From: a virus
IMG/VR virus record: IMGVR_UViG_3300031949_000033
Location: 1 to 63,171 of that record
DNA length: 63,171 nucleotides
Strand: one strand, 5' to 3'
Shown here: positions 34,376 to 43,579 of the stretch, in pieces
Numbering within the stretch: position 1 is the stretch's first letter
How the letters are laid out: every line of letters starts with the position of its first letter
The notes under the pieces: generated by a model
Database searches by the model: none
What the model saw: only the letters and a program-made list of their open reading frames with translations
Told to the model about the DNA's origin: nothing
Translations under genes and position numbers: made by a program

Positions 34376-34695
34376 TGCCCTGCATCGCAGCGGCAACCAC
34401 TCCCGAGGCGCGTGTGCGCCAGCAATCGGCAATCGAGCGCCTTGAGCGCGCCCTCGGGAGTAACGAGGCGCAACTCGTCATCGGTGCGTCCGGGTCCATC
34501 GCCTTCAAGGGCTGGACCGATCGCGCCGGAGTATCCGACCTGTGCGCTTACCGCAAGCTCGCTAGTTCGAATAGCGCGACCTTGCGACGCGCCATCATGC
34601 GCGCCGAGGCGATGGCCGGTCGGAAGATCGACGCGCGCGCCATCGCTACAGGACACCATTCGCACGACGGAGGTGCTACCTGGGGCACGCACTAG
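34375..34695 (+). CDS. Hypothetical protein
   Basis: 106 aa from MPCIAAATTPEARVRQQSAIERLERAL (Met56 of ORF 34210..34695). Confidence 0.55.
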   Translation: MPCIAAATTPEARVRQQSAIERLERALGSNEAQLVIGASGSIAFKGWTDRAGVSDLCAYRKLASSNSATLRRAIMRAEAMAGRKIDARAIATGHHSHDGGATWGTH

Positions 34696-34772
34696 CAGTT
34701 CAATCCTCATTCTCGGCCGGCTGGAGACCGGCCCGGAATGCGCGATTGGCGCAGATACAAGGAGACACTGAC

Positions 34773-35207
34773 ATGACCAAACCGCAACATACGCCGGAGC
34801 CGTGGGAAAACGCGGGCCGTACCATCTATACCGTGGGCGGGAACTGCATCGCATCGGTATGGTGCGAGCGCGACATGGAGGACGGATTGATGACGATTGA
34901 AACGACCATCGACGACGACGAAGCGGCTGCCAATTCCGCGCGCATCGTCGCCTGCGTCAACGCCTGCACGGGGATCGACGATCCCGCTGCCCTTCGCGCA
35001 CAGGGGGACGGCAACAGCCTCGGACCCTTTCAAATGATCTATGAATGCCGCAAGTGCGGTACCGAAGCAAATCACAACACACAGTATGTCAGCATGACCG
35101 ACTTCATGTCCTCGTTTTTCATTCTGGAGGAACCGCTTAGCGAGTACCTTAGGCGCATCTGCATTAAATGCGGGCATGTTGTGTTACAAAAGTGCAGGGA
35201 GGAATGA
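34773..35207 (+). CDS. Hypothetical protein with TPEPW N-terminal motif and C-terminal CxxC pairs
   Basis: 144 aa from MTKPQHTPEPWENAG, with AAGGAG RBS. ...ANSARIVACVNAC... recalls a common phage early-protein family. The C-terminus has CRKCG...CIKCG. Confidence 0.55.
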   Translation: MTKPQHTPEPWENAGRTIYTVGGNCIASVWCERDMEDGLMTIETTIDDDEAAANSARIVACVNACTGIDDPAALRAQGDGNSLGPFQMIYECRKCGTEANHNTQYVSMTDFMSSFFILEEPLSEYLRRICIKCGHVVLQKCREE

Positions 35208-35374
35208 TGCTCAGCGAACAAGACCTATCCGTAATCAAAAGTATCTCTTTGTCCGGTCTCAATCCCTTTGATTTCAGGGCTTCATAAAAACCTACGCCCG
35301 GCAGCATGGCGGGGTCGTCTATGCGGTCGACGGCCCCGACGACCCACAGCAACAGTCAAAGTCAAGGAGTTCCA

Positions 35375-35677
35375 ATGCCGTTGATCCTGCTACGCCAGCC
35401 CTCACAGATCATCTTGGCTTCTGACCGCGGTACCGGGTTGACGCGGCGCGAGGCGATCGTGCCAGGCACCGGCGAGCATGAAGCGGCTCAAGCCGAGCGC
35501 TTGATGATGTCGTACAACAGTTGCGAAGCGCTCAGCGTGTCGCGGCTGGCGAGCTTGTCCCGTCCTGATCTGAGCGTACCTCTTCAGGACATTCTTGCCG
35601 TGCTCGATTTACTCGTCAAGCACAGCCCGAACGAAGTCCACCGCATGCTGCAAATCGTAAGGAGACCTAAACTATGA
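35375..35677 (+). CDS. Hypothetical protein
   Basis: 100 aa from MPLILLRQPSQ, with AAGGAG RBS. Confidence 0.5.
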   Translation: MPLILLRQPSQIILASDRGTGLTRREAIVPGTGEHEAAQAERLMMSYNSCEALSVSRLASLSRPDLSVPLQDILAVLDLLVKHSPNEVHRMLQIVRRPKL

Positions 35678-35874
35678 GCGCTAGAGAGGGAATTGTCTAT
35701 CTCAAACACACAGATTCGAAAGGCCACAGTTACATCGAAGCGCATTACTGCTGGGATGTGGAGCGCTTCCTGCAACACAGTGACGAGGCGGCCCGTGCCG
35801 AAGGCGGCAGCATCAGCGTCGCTACGGCTGAAGACTATCGCAGACAGATGTTAGCCGATGCGCGCAAATCCTGA
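35674..35874 (+). CDS. Hypothetical protein
   Basis: 66-aa ORF with ATGA coupling. Confidence 0.5.
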   Translation: MSAREGIVYLKHTDSKGHSYIEAHYCWDVERFLQHSDEAARAEGGSISVATAEDYRRQMLADARKS

Positions 35875-36088
35875 CTTCCGTCAAAGGCGCCTGCTGTCGG
35901 TGCTCGCCCATGTCGGCGTGGTCTACGCCGAGGCTAGGCGCATCGGCGCCAGGGCACAAGAGAGCACCTGCGCGAGCACGTACTATCTTCGCTTACTCGT
36001 TGCCGCCGGCCGAGTCCAAGCTCGTTACAACTGGCGCCGGAGACATTACGAATACAGGTTGATCGTGACAAGGAGGAAGAAATCATGA
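35858..36088 (+). CDS. Hypothetical basic protein (possible DNA binding)
   Basis: 76-aa ORF. Confidence 0.4.
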   Translation: MRANPDFRQRRLLSVLAHVGVVYAEARRIGARAQESTCASTYYLRLLVAAGRVQARYNWRRRHYEYRLIVTRRKKS

Positions 36089-36324
36089 ACGAATTGGGGT
36101 TAGAACTCGCCATCGTATTAGCGCATCTTCGCCGCTGGTGGGTCGCGCGCACGCTGCGCGCCACCTACCGCAATATCGCCATGTGTGAGCGCGAACTCGC
36201 GCAGGCGGACGCCGATGCCGAGTTCTATACACAGCTGCTGAGCGAAGCTCGGTTGCGGATCTCTCGCCTTCGACATGAGCGGCGCACCTCTACACGCAAT
36301 GCACCGCAGCGGGGCAGCCGATGA
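36085..36324 (+). CDS. Hypothetical protein with N-terminal hydrophobic helix
   Basis: 79-aa ORF with ATGA coupling. Confidence 0.45.
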   Translation: MNELGLELAIVLAHLRRWWVARTLRATYRNIAMCERELAQADADAEFYTQLLSEARLRISRLRHERRTSTRNAPQRGSR

Positions 36325-36506
36325 CCTGGGATGATTTCAGGCGTCAGTTGTCCGAGCGTGGACTCACGCAAGCGGAGTTCAGCCGCCACACCGGGTACGA
36401 TGAGCACACCATCAGTCGATGGCGTCACCGTGCCCGCGGCGTCCCCAAATGGGTTACTACGTGGTTGCGCCTGTATCGAATACCACGGGTAACGGCAGAT
36501 CGCTAA
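36321..36506 (+). CDS. Cro/XRE-like HTH protein
   Basis: 61 aa: GLTQAEFSRHTGYDEHTISRWRH. Confidence 0.55.
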   Translation: MTWDDFRRQLSERGLTQAEFSRHTGYDEHTISRWRHRARGVPKWVTTWLRLYRIPRVTADR

Positions 36507-37458
36507 GGGCGTAGCGGGCCCCCTCGACCCCGTCGATGTTCAGGCCGATGCTCTTGGCCGACATCAGGGAGAGCATTTTCTGGTTGCGCGCTGCCACGTG
36601 CTTCGCGATCTCGAAGAGGTTGAGCTTGTGTTTCGTAGTTTTGACCGTGGTGATCGTCCTGCCGAGTTGATCGGCCGCAGCGTAGCCGACAATGACAATC
36701 ATGACCTGCTTGTCGGCTTCGCGCTCGGCGCGCTTTAACTGGCCGACGTACTTGCTGAACTTGGTCGCGTTAAAGAGCGTATCCGGGCTCAACCACTTCC
36801 TGTTTTCCTGATCGGTTCCCCAGTCCGCTGTCTTGGCGTCGATGACGGCGCGGCATAGTTCCTCCGTGGCGCCTTCGAGTAGCCTCGAGGTGATCAGCTT
36901 GACGTGCGCCTTCGCGCCTTCGTACTGGAACCCAGCCCGCTGGTTCAGGTACTCGATCAGGCGCCGTGCTGTTTGCTCGGCTTGGCGGCGTTCCTCGTTG
37001 GGGGGTAGGGGGGTGTCTTTATTATTGGTTATTGGTTCTTGGTTAGCTTGCCCTTGAGCTTGCCCTTGAGCTTGAGGTGAACCCCTCCCATAAGCTTGGC
37101 TTTGGCTGGGGATAACAATCATCTTTCGGCGACTCGATGTCATACCTCCAATGCGCCCTCCTGCTATCCGTTTTTCGTTCAAAATCCTGTACTTCTCTAT
37201 CTCGGCGTCGCACTTGGCATGTCTCCAGTAACCGTCCTGCTGGTAGAAAAATCGCGCCAGCATCTTATCCACAGTCACCTGCTCCTCTGGTGTCAGGGCG
37301 CCGGCGATCCGGTAGGTTGCGGAAGCATAAGGTATAGCATAACCTTGCTCGGTCGCGTAGTAGTGGTCCATCAGTCGGTCGTACGCGCCCATTTCTGCGA
37401 GCGTCAGCCCAGACGTGGCGGTTGTGACGTCGCCGATGTGCCGCGTGTACCACTTCAT
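36457..37458 (-). CDS. Replication protein: DUF1376 (YdaU-like) N-domain plus conserved phage C-terminal domain
   Basis: 333 aa. MKWYTRHIGDVTTATSGLTLAEMGAYDRLMDHYY is a DUF1376-like pattern. The C-terminal LIEYLNQRAGFQYEGAKAHVKLITSRLLEGATEELCRAVIDAKTADW resembles the phage replication C-terminal domain. Confidence 0.65.
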   Translation of the reverse strand: MKWYTRHIGDVTTATSGLTLAEMGAYDRLMDHYYATEQGYAIPYASATYRIAGALTPEEQVTVDKMLARFFYQQDGYWRHAKCDAEIEKYRILNEKRIAGGRIGGMTSSRRKMIVIPSQSQAYGRGSPQAQGQAQGQANQEPITNNKDTPLPPNEERRQAEQTARRLIEYLNQRAGFQYEGAKAHVKLITSRLLEGATEELCRAVIDAKTADWGTDQENRKWLSPDTLFNATKFSKYVGQLKRAEREADKQVMIVIVGYAAADQLGRTITTVKTTKHKLNLFEIAKHVAARNQKMLSLMSAKSIGLNIDGVEGARYALSDLPLPVVFDTGATT

Positions 37459-37615
37459 GCAGTCAGGCTCTGTGACGTGGACCGACGCTTGGCCAGCCCA
37501 CGGGTCGCTATCAATGAATGCTGCGTTCAGCGCGGCTTCTTGCCGCCGCCCCTGCCCTTACCTTTTTGCTTTGGCTTGGCCATACGGATCACCTCCTTTC
37601 GGTCGTTGTGGTTAA

Positions 37616-39304
37616 TTAAGCTGCCTGCGCTTGCGCCTGCGCGAGCGGGTCAGCGTTCCCGTCCTTCATCCAGTACGATGCCCCGAGTCCAGCAGTGGCC
37701 AAGTCTGGCAGCTTGTCTCTCGACGATACCGTCATGGCCACCAGGAAGTACAGCTCCTCGTCTGACGCCAACATGTCGATGAGCCCGTTGCGGCCTTCGG
37801 CATCCAAGATATCGGCGCCGTCGAGGACGACGAGAACGGAACCATCGAGCTTTGCGATCGCCACCTGCAGGACTGCCCGGGCCCGCCACTTCTCGGATTC
37901 CGAGCACAGATAGTACGGGCGCCCGCCGTAGACGATGTCTAAGTCGTCGTTCAGCGCGACCAGTGGATACCCGGCAGCCCGGCAGAGCGGGTCCAGGTAT
38001 TCCCCGTTGAAGCGGGTCAAGGCTTGCGCCAGCTTCTGCCGCCGCAGACCGTCCGGTGCCAGAATCTCGACAATCTTCAACTGCTCGACGATCTCACGAT
38101 AGGCCAGATCGGCGTGCGACTTGGCTGTCATCGCCGAGCGGCGCTGCTCCAGGCTTGCGTACAGGTCCCTGGCGATGTCCAGAGCTTCTTGGCTACCCGA
38201 GCGCTTGCCAAGGGCCCGCCAGCGCTCCGTGGCGCCAGCGACTGCCCCTAGTTTCATTTTGAGCCCTTGCAGTTCCTTCCCGGCAATATCCATGGCGAGA
38301 CCGGCCTCACCGGCGGTTTTCTCTGCTGCACTGCGGCGACACTGTAAACCGACGACCTGATCGGCACTCAGCGACGCCTTCTTGACACCCTCAGCGCCGG
38401 TCTGCAACGGTTTGCTGCAGTGCGGGCATTCAAAGATGCGCGGTACGACGATGACCTCGACGGTCTTTTTGCAGTTCTCGTACTCCTGGCGGGCGCGCTG
38501 ATGTTCGAGTTCCTGCTTCTGGACCGCGGCGAGCAATTCTTTTTCTTGTTTGGCCTGCTCCCCGATGTGCTGGAGTTCTGCGGTGTCCACCGCCAGAGCG
38601 CCGATCGCGTTGTCGACCTGTTGCTTCGCCGTGGCACACTGTTCCTCGAGCTGGGCCAGCGTGGTCTGGTTGAGGTCCGCCGGAAAGTCCGGGGGCAGCC
38701 AACCGGCAGCCTTCTTCAGGCCGAAATCCGTCCCGGTGGCTGCTTCCCAGCGGCCCTTGATCTTGGCGCCGCGTTCGCGTGCCAGCCGGTGCGCGACATC
38801 CCATCCCTGCTGTCGGATCTGGCTCCACGTCTCGTTGGCCGTGTCGACGCCGAGCCCGACATCGGTGCAGGCGAGCAACAGGTGCTGTTGGCTCGGTGCG
38901 GCATCCAACAGGACCGACAGAAACTTTTGGCGCTCGACGTCTTCCATTTCCGCCGGGCTGATCAAGCCCGCCGCGACCTTACTGGAGACCGGCGGTTCCC
39001 CCTCACTCTTGATCTCATGTCGGGGCCAGCCGACGGTTGTCCGGCCCGAGCCGGATGTGAGGGTGATGACACCTGTGTCCATGCCACCGCGCACGAGCCC
39101 CTTGGCGTCGGTCTTGGTCAGCAATGCCTTGTCCGGGCGGGTGCTGCGAAAGAACGGGATCGACTCCATGGTGAGCGCTGCGGCGACGGCTTGGCAGACG
39201 CTCGACTTTCCGTGAAAATTGTTGCCTCCGATCAGCGCGATCGGATCGATTGTGATATCGGCGCGTTCGGCGCCCCTGAATCCCTTCACCAATGCCTTCA
39301 TCAT
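37616..39304 (-). CDS. SbcC/Rad50-like coiled-coil ATPase
   Basis: 562 aa from MMKALVKGF, with AAGGAG RBS. Walker A GGNNFHGKSS, long coiled-coil middle with CPHC, and Walker B VLVVLDGADILD. Confidence 0.55.
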   Translation of the reverse strand: MMKALVKGFRGAERADITIDPIALIGGNNFHGKSSVCQAVAAALTMESIPFFRSTRPDKALLTKTDAKGLVRGGMDTGVITLTSGSGRTTVGWPRHEIKSEGEPPVSSKVAAGLISPAEMEDVERQKFLSVLLDAAPSQQHLLLACTDVGLGVDTANETWSQIRQQGWDVAHRLARERGAKIKGRWEAATGTDFGLKKAAGWLPPDFPADLNQTTLAQLEEQCATAKQQVDNAIGALAVDTAELQHIGEQAKQEKELLAAVQKQELEHQRARQEYENCKKTVEVIVVPRIFECPHCSKPLQTGAEGVKKASLSADQVVGLQCRRSAAEKTAGEAGLAMDIAGKELQGLKMKLGAVAGATERWRALGKRSGSQEALDIARDLYASLEQRRSAMTAKSHADLAYREIVEQLKIVEILAPDGLRRQKLAQALTRFNGEYLDPLCRAAGYPLVALNDDLDIVYGGRPYYLCSESEKWRARAVLQVAIAKLDGSVLVVLDGADILDAEGRNGLIDMLASDEELYFLVAMTVSSRDKLPDLATAGLGASYWMKDGNADPLAQAQAQAA

Positions 39305-39318
39305 TTCCTGCTCCTTGT

Positions 39319-39492
39319 TCAAAGTTTGCTGCGTAGCCACGGTCTGGCCGTAAGCTGGCTGCATGCGTCCAAGTAGGCGTAGTGCACCGTCAGGCCGCGA
39401 CCTATGACCGTGGGCTCCTTGCCCTCGATTTTGACCTTCCAGCGTCCGTTACTCTTGGTCCAGTAGACGCTGATGCGCCAGACGCGCTCCAT
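39319..39492 (-). CDS. Hypothetical mini-protein
   Basis: 57 aa from MERVWRISVYW, coupled to the upstream stop. Confidence 0.4.
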   Translation of the reverse strand: MERVWRISVYWTKSNGRWKVKIEGKEPTVIGRGLTVHYAYLDACSQLTARPWLRSKL

Positions 39493-39719
39493 CAGTCCGG
39501 GGTCTTGCGCACCGGCCAATCCCGCATGGCTTGTGCGATGTGTCTGGCTTCATCGCACTTTTCCTTCGGGCAGCCGCGTTTCTCGGCGCGGTTCGCCCAT
39601 TGTTCGACGAGCCCGTCGGCTGTGAGATCCTGCGCCCGTAGAATGAATATCGGCTCATCGGCGAACGCCTTGTTGAGCGTACTTGTCGGGTCGGTCAATT
39701 CAAAGTTTTTCGTGCCCAT
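39492..39719 (-). CDS. Hypothetical protein
   Basis: 75-aa ORF (MGTKNFELTDPTSTLNKAFADEPIFILRAQD). Confidence 0.55.
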   Translation of the reverse strand: MGTKNFELTDPTSTLNKAFADEPIFILRAQDLTADGLVEQWANRAEKRGCPKEKCDEARHIAQAMRDWPVRKTPD

Positions 39720-39848
39720 GATTTCCTCTCGAAATTAGGTGGAGGCGCCGACCGGATTGGTTGCCGGTCAGTGCCTCTCAAGAGTTCCCGGAGACCAGCG
39801 TTCCCTTGAGTCGGTGCTGCGCGCACCCCGCGGCGCCCCCGTTGATCG

Positions 39849-41120
39849 TCAGTCCGGCGAAAACAGGGATCCGCCCCCGCGTCTGCCGCGCTTTGCCGGC
39901 TGCGGCTTGGCTTCCTCGGCGACTTCTCGCTCCGGAGGACCGGCATGCGACTGGTCATTCGTCGGCCATTCAGAGTCCATTTTCGCTTCCGAAAGCGGTT
40001 CTTGGTGTGTGGCTTGGACCGACGGCATCGGTGTCACGATGGCCACGTAGCGGTCTCCGTCCTCGGAATACTCACTGATGCGATACTGAGCGTTCTGGAA
40101 GTCGACGATCAACCCGGTGTCAATGCCGCGGACTTGCATGCTGCCCAGCGCCTTCCCTGACGTGAGAAACAGGTGAACCGACTTCTCCGGCGCGCTCGGT
40201 TCTTCGGTCCTTGCTTGAGGTGGGGCTTCTTGTGGTGCCTGCGGTTTCGCTGCCGGTGCCGGGGCGGCTTGGCTTGGTTTCGCGGTGCCGCGCCTGGGCT
40301 TGGTTTCCTGTTCGTGCTGCGGCTTCGTTCCCTCGTCGTCGTCAGGCCAGACATCTTCCGGGTTGACCATGCCGTCGATGACCCCGCGCAGCTCCGTGTA
40401 AATCTTCGCCATGTCCGGTACCGTCCAGTTGGCCGACTGCCGGCCGTAGATACGCTCGACGCGCCTGCGATCGATCTGCAACTTTTCCAGTTGCTGAACG
40501 ATGTAGGTGCGCGCCTCTTCTGGACTCTTCGCGATGCGTCCGACGATGGCGCGTTTGGCCTCCTCGACGGTGAATTCCGAGAGGGTCTGCAGGGCGTTCG
40601 TGACGACGTTGCGGATGGCCTTGGATTGGCCGATCTGCAGGATCATGTCCATGGCGCGCTGCTCGTCTTCCATGCCGACCTTCTGCGCTTTGCGCTGCTG
40701 GTAGGCGCGCGTCATGTTGGCCCCGGTTTCCAGGTCGATGAACCTGGCATAAAACATCCAGTGCGCGCCCTCGTCGCGGACCCTGACATCGACGACGCAA
40801 TTCCCGAATTCGCGCCAGAGGTCGTTGGCGAGCTTGATGGTCGGGCCCTCGATTCGCACGACGCGATTGTTGCGCCGGTCCTTCACGTCCCAGCCGTAGA
40901 CGTACTTGTCCCCTGCTGCGGCGGCGAGCGCCCGCATGCGTTCCATGATGAGCCCGTACTTGCGCGGCTGCGGCACGCGCTGGGCGACGATGAATTCCGC
41001 CTGTCCCATGGGTGGCATCTGCGGCGCCGCCACTGGGAGGTTTTGCAACTGATGGCCTGCGTTATCGAACGCCGAGGCGTCCAATATTTGAGCCATTGGG
41101 TCCATTGTCTGCTGATTCAT
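39849..41120 (-). CDS. Putative single-strand annealing / recombination protein
   Basis: 423 aa from MNQQTMDP, with AAGGAG RBS. Core is YGWDVKDRRNNRVVRIEGPTIKLANDLWREFGN...IGQSKAIRNVV, with a Pro/Ala-rich acidic tail. It lies two genes downstream of the exonuclease in the same operon. Assignment is tentative. Confidence 0.4.
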   Translation of the reverse strand: MNQQTMDPMAQILDASAFDNAGHQLQNLPVAAPQMPPMGQAEFIVAQRVPQPRKYGLIMERMRALAAAAGDKYVYGWDVKDRRNNRVVRIEGPTIKLANDLWREFGNCVVDVRVRDEGAHWMFYARFIDLETGANMTRAYQQRKAQKVGMEDEQRAMDMILQIGQSKAIRNVVTNALQTLSEFTVEEAKRAIVGRIAKSPEEARTYIVQQLEKLQIDRRRVERIYGRQSANWTVPDMAKIYTELRGVIDGMVNPEDVWPDDDEGTKPQHEQETKPRRGTAKPSQAAPAPAAKPQAPQEAPPQARTEEPSAPEKSVHLFLTSGKALGSMQVRGIDTGLIVDFQNAQYRISEYSEDGDRYVAIVTPMPSVQATHQEPLSEAKMDSEWPTNDQSHAGPPEREVAEEAKPQPAKRGRRGGGSLFSPD

Positions 41121-41320
41121 GCGTTTGTCTCCTTGTTGAAAAGTCTCAGCCACCACAACGGCGGCCAATGCCACTGCATCCACCATGCTCGTACGCTGAC
41201 ATCGCCACGTGTTGACAGCGCGGAATGGTCGTCGTCGGGGGGCTCCTCGACAACTTTCAATAACCGTTCTCCTTTCAGCATGTAAACGTCTTTATGTTCC
41301 AGCCACTCCATTCCGATCAT
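41117..41320 (-). CDS. Hypothetical Trp-rich mini-protein
   Basis: 67 aa, with ATGA coupling on both sides. Confidence 0.4.
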   Translation of the reverse strand: MIGMEWLEHKDVYMLKGERLLKVVEEPPDDDHSALSTRGDVSVRAWWMQWHWPPLWWLRLFNKETNA

Positions 41321-42114
41321 CGTCTGTACTCCATGCAAAAATCAGTATGCCTGCAAGGACAAAATTTGTCGGCGCACAGTACACTATTCGGATTCGCCGG
41401 AAACACCATGTTATCTCCGGTCGCGATAAATTCGTCGTACATCTGCTCAACCCGTGCAACCGCATTCGCGGCGACGCGCTCGGCCAAGGCGACATCGTAG
41501 GCGATCTCGACCGGCGCTGGCTGCTCGTCGTCTACCTTGACGCGCGCAATGTAGTCCTCGATGATGTGCTGCACCGATCTTCCGCCAGCCCGTACCAGCA
41601 TGCTGTAGCATCCGTATTGGGCGAGATTCGAGCGCGCCGTGACCCCGGTTTTCAGATCCCGTATGCCATCGTCTGTCAGGTCGATGCCTCCGGAGAGCAC
41701 GTTACCGCGTCGGGTCCTGCATTCGATGCGCTGCTCGACCGCGATTGGAATGACGCGATTGGCTGTCGTACCACGATAGGCCCGGTATTGCCTCACCACC
41801 TGCCGCTTGCCGGTGCCTGCATTCGGCGTCGTTGCATCCCAAGACACACCATAGCTGATCTGCTTGCCGAATTCCTCGACCCCGCGGTCCTCGTCTTCGC
41901 TCTGGTTGCCCAGTTCACCGGTCGCCATCTTCGCCGTCATGCAGGAGGCCACCGCGCTGTGCGTCGCAGTGCCGACGCTGGCGCCGACACTCGAGGCGAT
42001 CTGGCGCAACTGGTAACCGGCTGAGACGATCTCGACCGGAAACGAGCGTGCTGCTTGACGCCGAGCACAGTCAAAAAACATAGGTAGCGACGATGGGCGG
42101 ATGATGAAAGTCAT
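41317..42114 (-). CDS. PD-(D/E)XK exonuclease, Cas4/RecB-like with C-terminal Cys cluster
   Basis: 265 aa. GGIDLTDDGIRDLKTG (D...D.K), QYGCY (QxxxY), and C-terminal CADKFCPCRHTDFC. Confidence 0.7.
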   Translation of the reverse strand: MTFIIRPSSLPMFFDCARRQAARSFPVEIVSAGYQLRQIASSVGASVGTATHSAVASCMTAKMATGELGNQSEDEDRGVEEFGKQISYGVSWDATTPNAGTGKRQVVRQYRAYRGTTANRVIPIAVEQRIECRTRRGNVLSGGIDLTDDGIRDLKTGVTARSNLAQYGCYSMLVRAGGRSVQHIIEDYIARVKVDDEQPAPVEIAYDVALAERVAANAVARVEQMYDEFIATGDNMVFPANPNSVLCADKFCPCRHTDFCMEYRR

Positions 42115-42464
42115 ACCTTTTTGATCAGTCTTCGCAGCGTTCTTTGCATTCTCTGGCGTTCAGTAGGAATGCGCTCCTGCTGGCGCCCGACTGCATCCAG
42201 CAATTTTCGCACTCTTTGTTCGGCGAGCATTCTTTGACTCGTCCCAGGGATCGCCCTGAATGTCTCGGCGTTCCTGTCAAACGCGGCCTGCCCGCCGACA
42301 CCGCGCGACCACTTCATCAGGCGCCATGCGGCAAACTCGCGCCAGCGCCAAAACAGTTTGGTCAGTTTTTCTCGGATCAAGATTCCACCCATTCCTGAAA
42401 TGTCATCCCGCACCTCGGACACCTCGTTTCTGCGTCCGGCGTCTTGGGCCACTGGTGAGCGCAT
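42111..42464 (-). CDS. Hypothetical basic protein
   Basis: 117-aa ORF. Its stop overlaps the exonuclease ATG. The start is uncertain (42464 or 42392). Confidence 0.4.
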   Translation of the reverse strand: MRSPVAQDAGRRNEVSEVRDDISGMGGILIREKLTKLFWRWREFAAWRLMKWSRGVGGQAAFDRNAETFRAIPGTSQRMLAEQRVRKLLDAVGRQQERIPTERQRMQRTLRRLIKKV

Positions 42465-42871
42465 GGGCCCGCCACTCCCACCGTCTCAGGCTCGACCGTG
42501 TGCTGCGATGGCGCCTCGCTAGCACTCGACACATCCTGCTCGACGATGAGAGGGCGGATTTCACCCGTTTCGTGATCCTTTATGGCGTAGTTTTCGTCCA
42601 TGGTGAAGCGCGGCTTGTTCCCGGGCAGCATCGCGTCGGCGTCTATGCCCAACTGGCGACACCGCAGCTCGAACAACTCCTGCCAGTCGTCGTCCTGGCC
42701 CGCCTCGCGTCGTGCCTCTCGCAATGCCCGGATCGCGGTACGGTGCTTGAGCAGATCAACCGGAGCGCCGTGTTTTCGCGGATTGGTCGCGACGGCATCC
42801 GCTATGATCTCCTCCGGCGTGCGGTCCGGGAGGATATCGTCCGCATCGATGTGTTCGAGAGTGTTGGCCAT
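42377..42871 (-). CDS. Hypothetical protein with C-terminal CxxC
   Basis: 164 aa from MANTLEHIDADDILPD, with GAGGAA RBS. Confidence 0.5.
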   Translation of the reverse strand: MANTLEHIDADDILPDRTPEEIIADAVATNPRKHGAPVDLLKHRTAIRALREARREAGQDDDWQELFELRCRQLGIDADAMLPGNKPRFTMDENYAIKDHETGEIRPLIVEQDVSSASEAPSQHTVEPETVGVAGPCAHQWPKTPDAETRCPRCGMTFQEWVES

Positions 42872-42875
42872 TATG

Positions 42876-43079
42876 TCAGTTCCTCGGCTGCCCCGCGCAA
42901 GTTGTCGTCCATAACGGCCTTCGATACTGGCGGACGCGGAAACGATCATCAGGATTCTGGCGCTGCCACGCGTGCTTGTCATATCGCGCGGCATCACGAG
43001 TCTGGTCAACACTGACAGTCGGCACCCATCGGCGACCAATATACATCTCGACCACCCACACTCTATTCACTCGTTTCAT
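42876..43079 (-). CDS. Hypothetical mini-protein
   Basis: 67 aa from MKRVNRVWVVEMYIGRRW. Confidence 0.4.
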   Translation of the reverse strand: MKRVNRVWVVEMYIGRRWVPTVSVDQTRDAARYDKHAWQRQNPDDRFRVRQYRRPLWTTTCAGQPRN

Positions 43080-43579
43080 CATTTCTCCCATGCCCACATC
43101 GGCATCAGCAGCCCGAGGGCGTCGCCTTTACGAATCCATGCGGCATCCTTATGACCGCCCGGAGATATCTCCCAGCCGGGAATGAGCGCGAGATAGCAGT
43201 GTGCGAATCTCGCATCGCCTATTGCTGTTTGCACCTCGCGGTCAAGTCGCTTGCCGGTCCCATTGCAGTAGCCGCACGGATGGCTATTGCCATCCCCACA
43301 ACTGCACTCATGGAAGCCACTGCCATCACAGGAATGGCAGTCGTCTAACGGCATTGCGACTGTCGGAACCGACTGCCACTCGCAGTCGCGCCCATTTTTC
43401 TCGAATATTAGGGCTGCATCAGGCGCGGCGGGGCAATTCTCGACGCCATCAATCGCCGGCACGCGGACGAGAATTTTCCCGTTTGTCGCCCAGGTATAGT
43501 CGCCACGGGTCCACGGCACCGCGAGGTTGGCCCGACCGGGGTCGGTCGAGCAAAACGTCTGGAGTTCGTCGAGGGTCAT
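43079..43579 (-). CDS. Protein with DnaJ-type CxxCxGxG zinc-finger repeats
   Basis: 166 aa, containing CHSCDGSG and CGYCNGTG. Confidence 0.6.
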   Translation of the reverse strand: MTLDELQTFCSTDPGRANLAVPWTRGDYTWATNGKILVRVPAIDGVENCPAAPDAALIFEKNGRDCEWQSVPTVAMPLDDCHSCDGSGFHECSCGDGNSHPCGYCNGTGKRLDREVQTAIGDARFAHCYLALIPGWEISPGGHKDAAWIRKGDALGLLMPMWAWEK

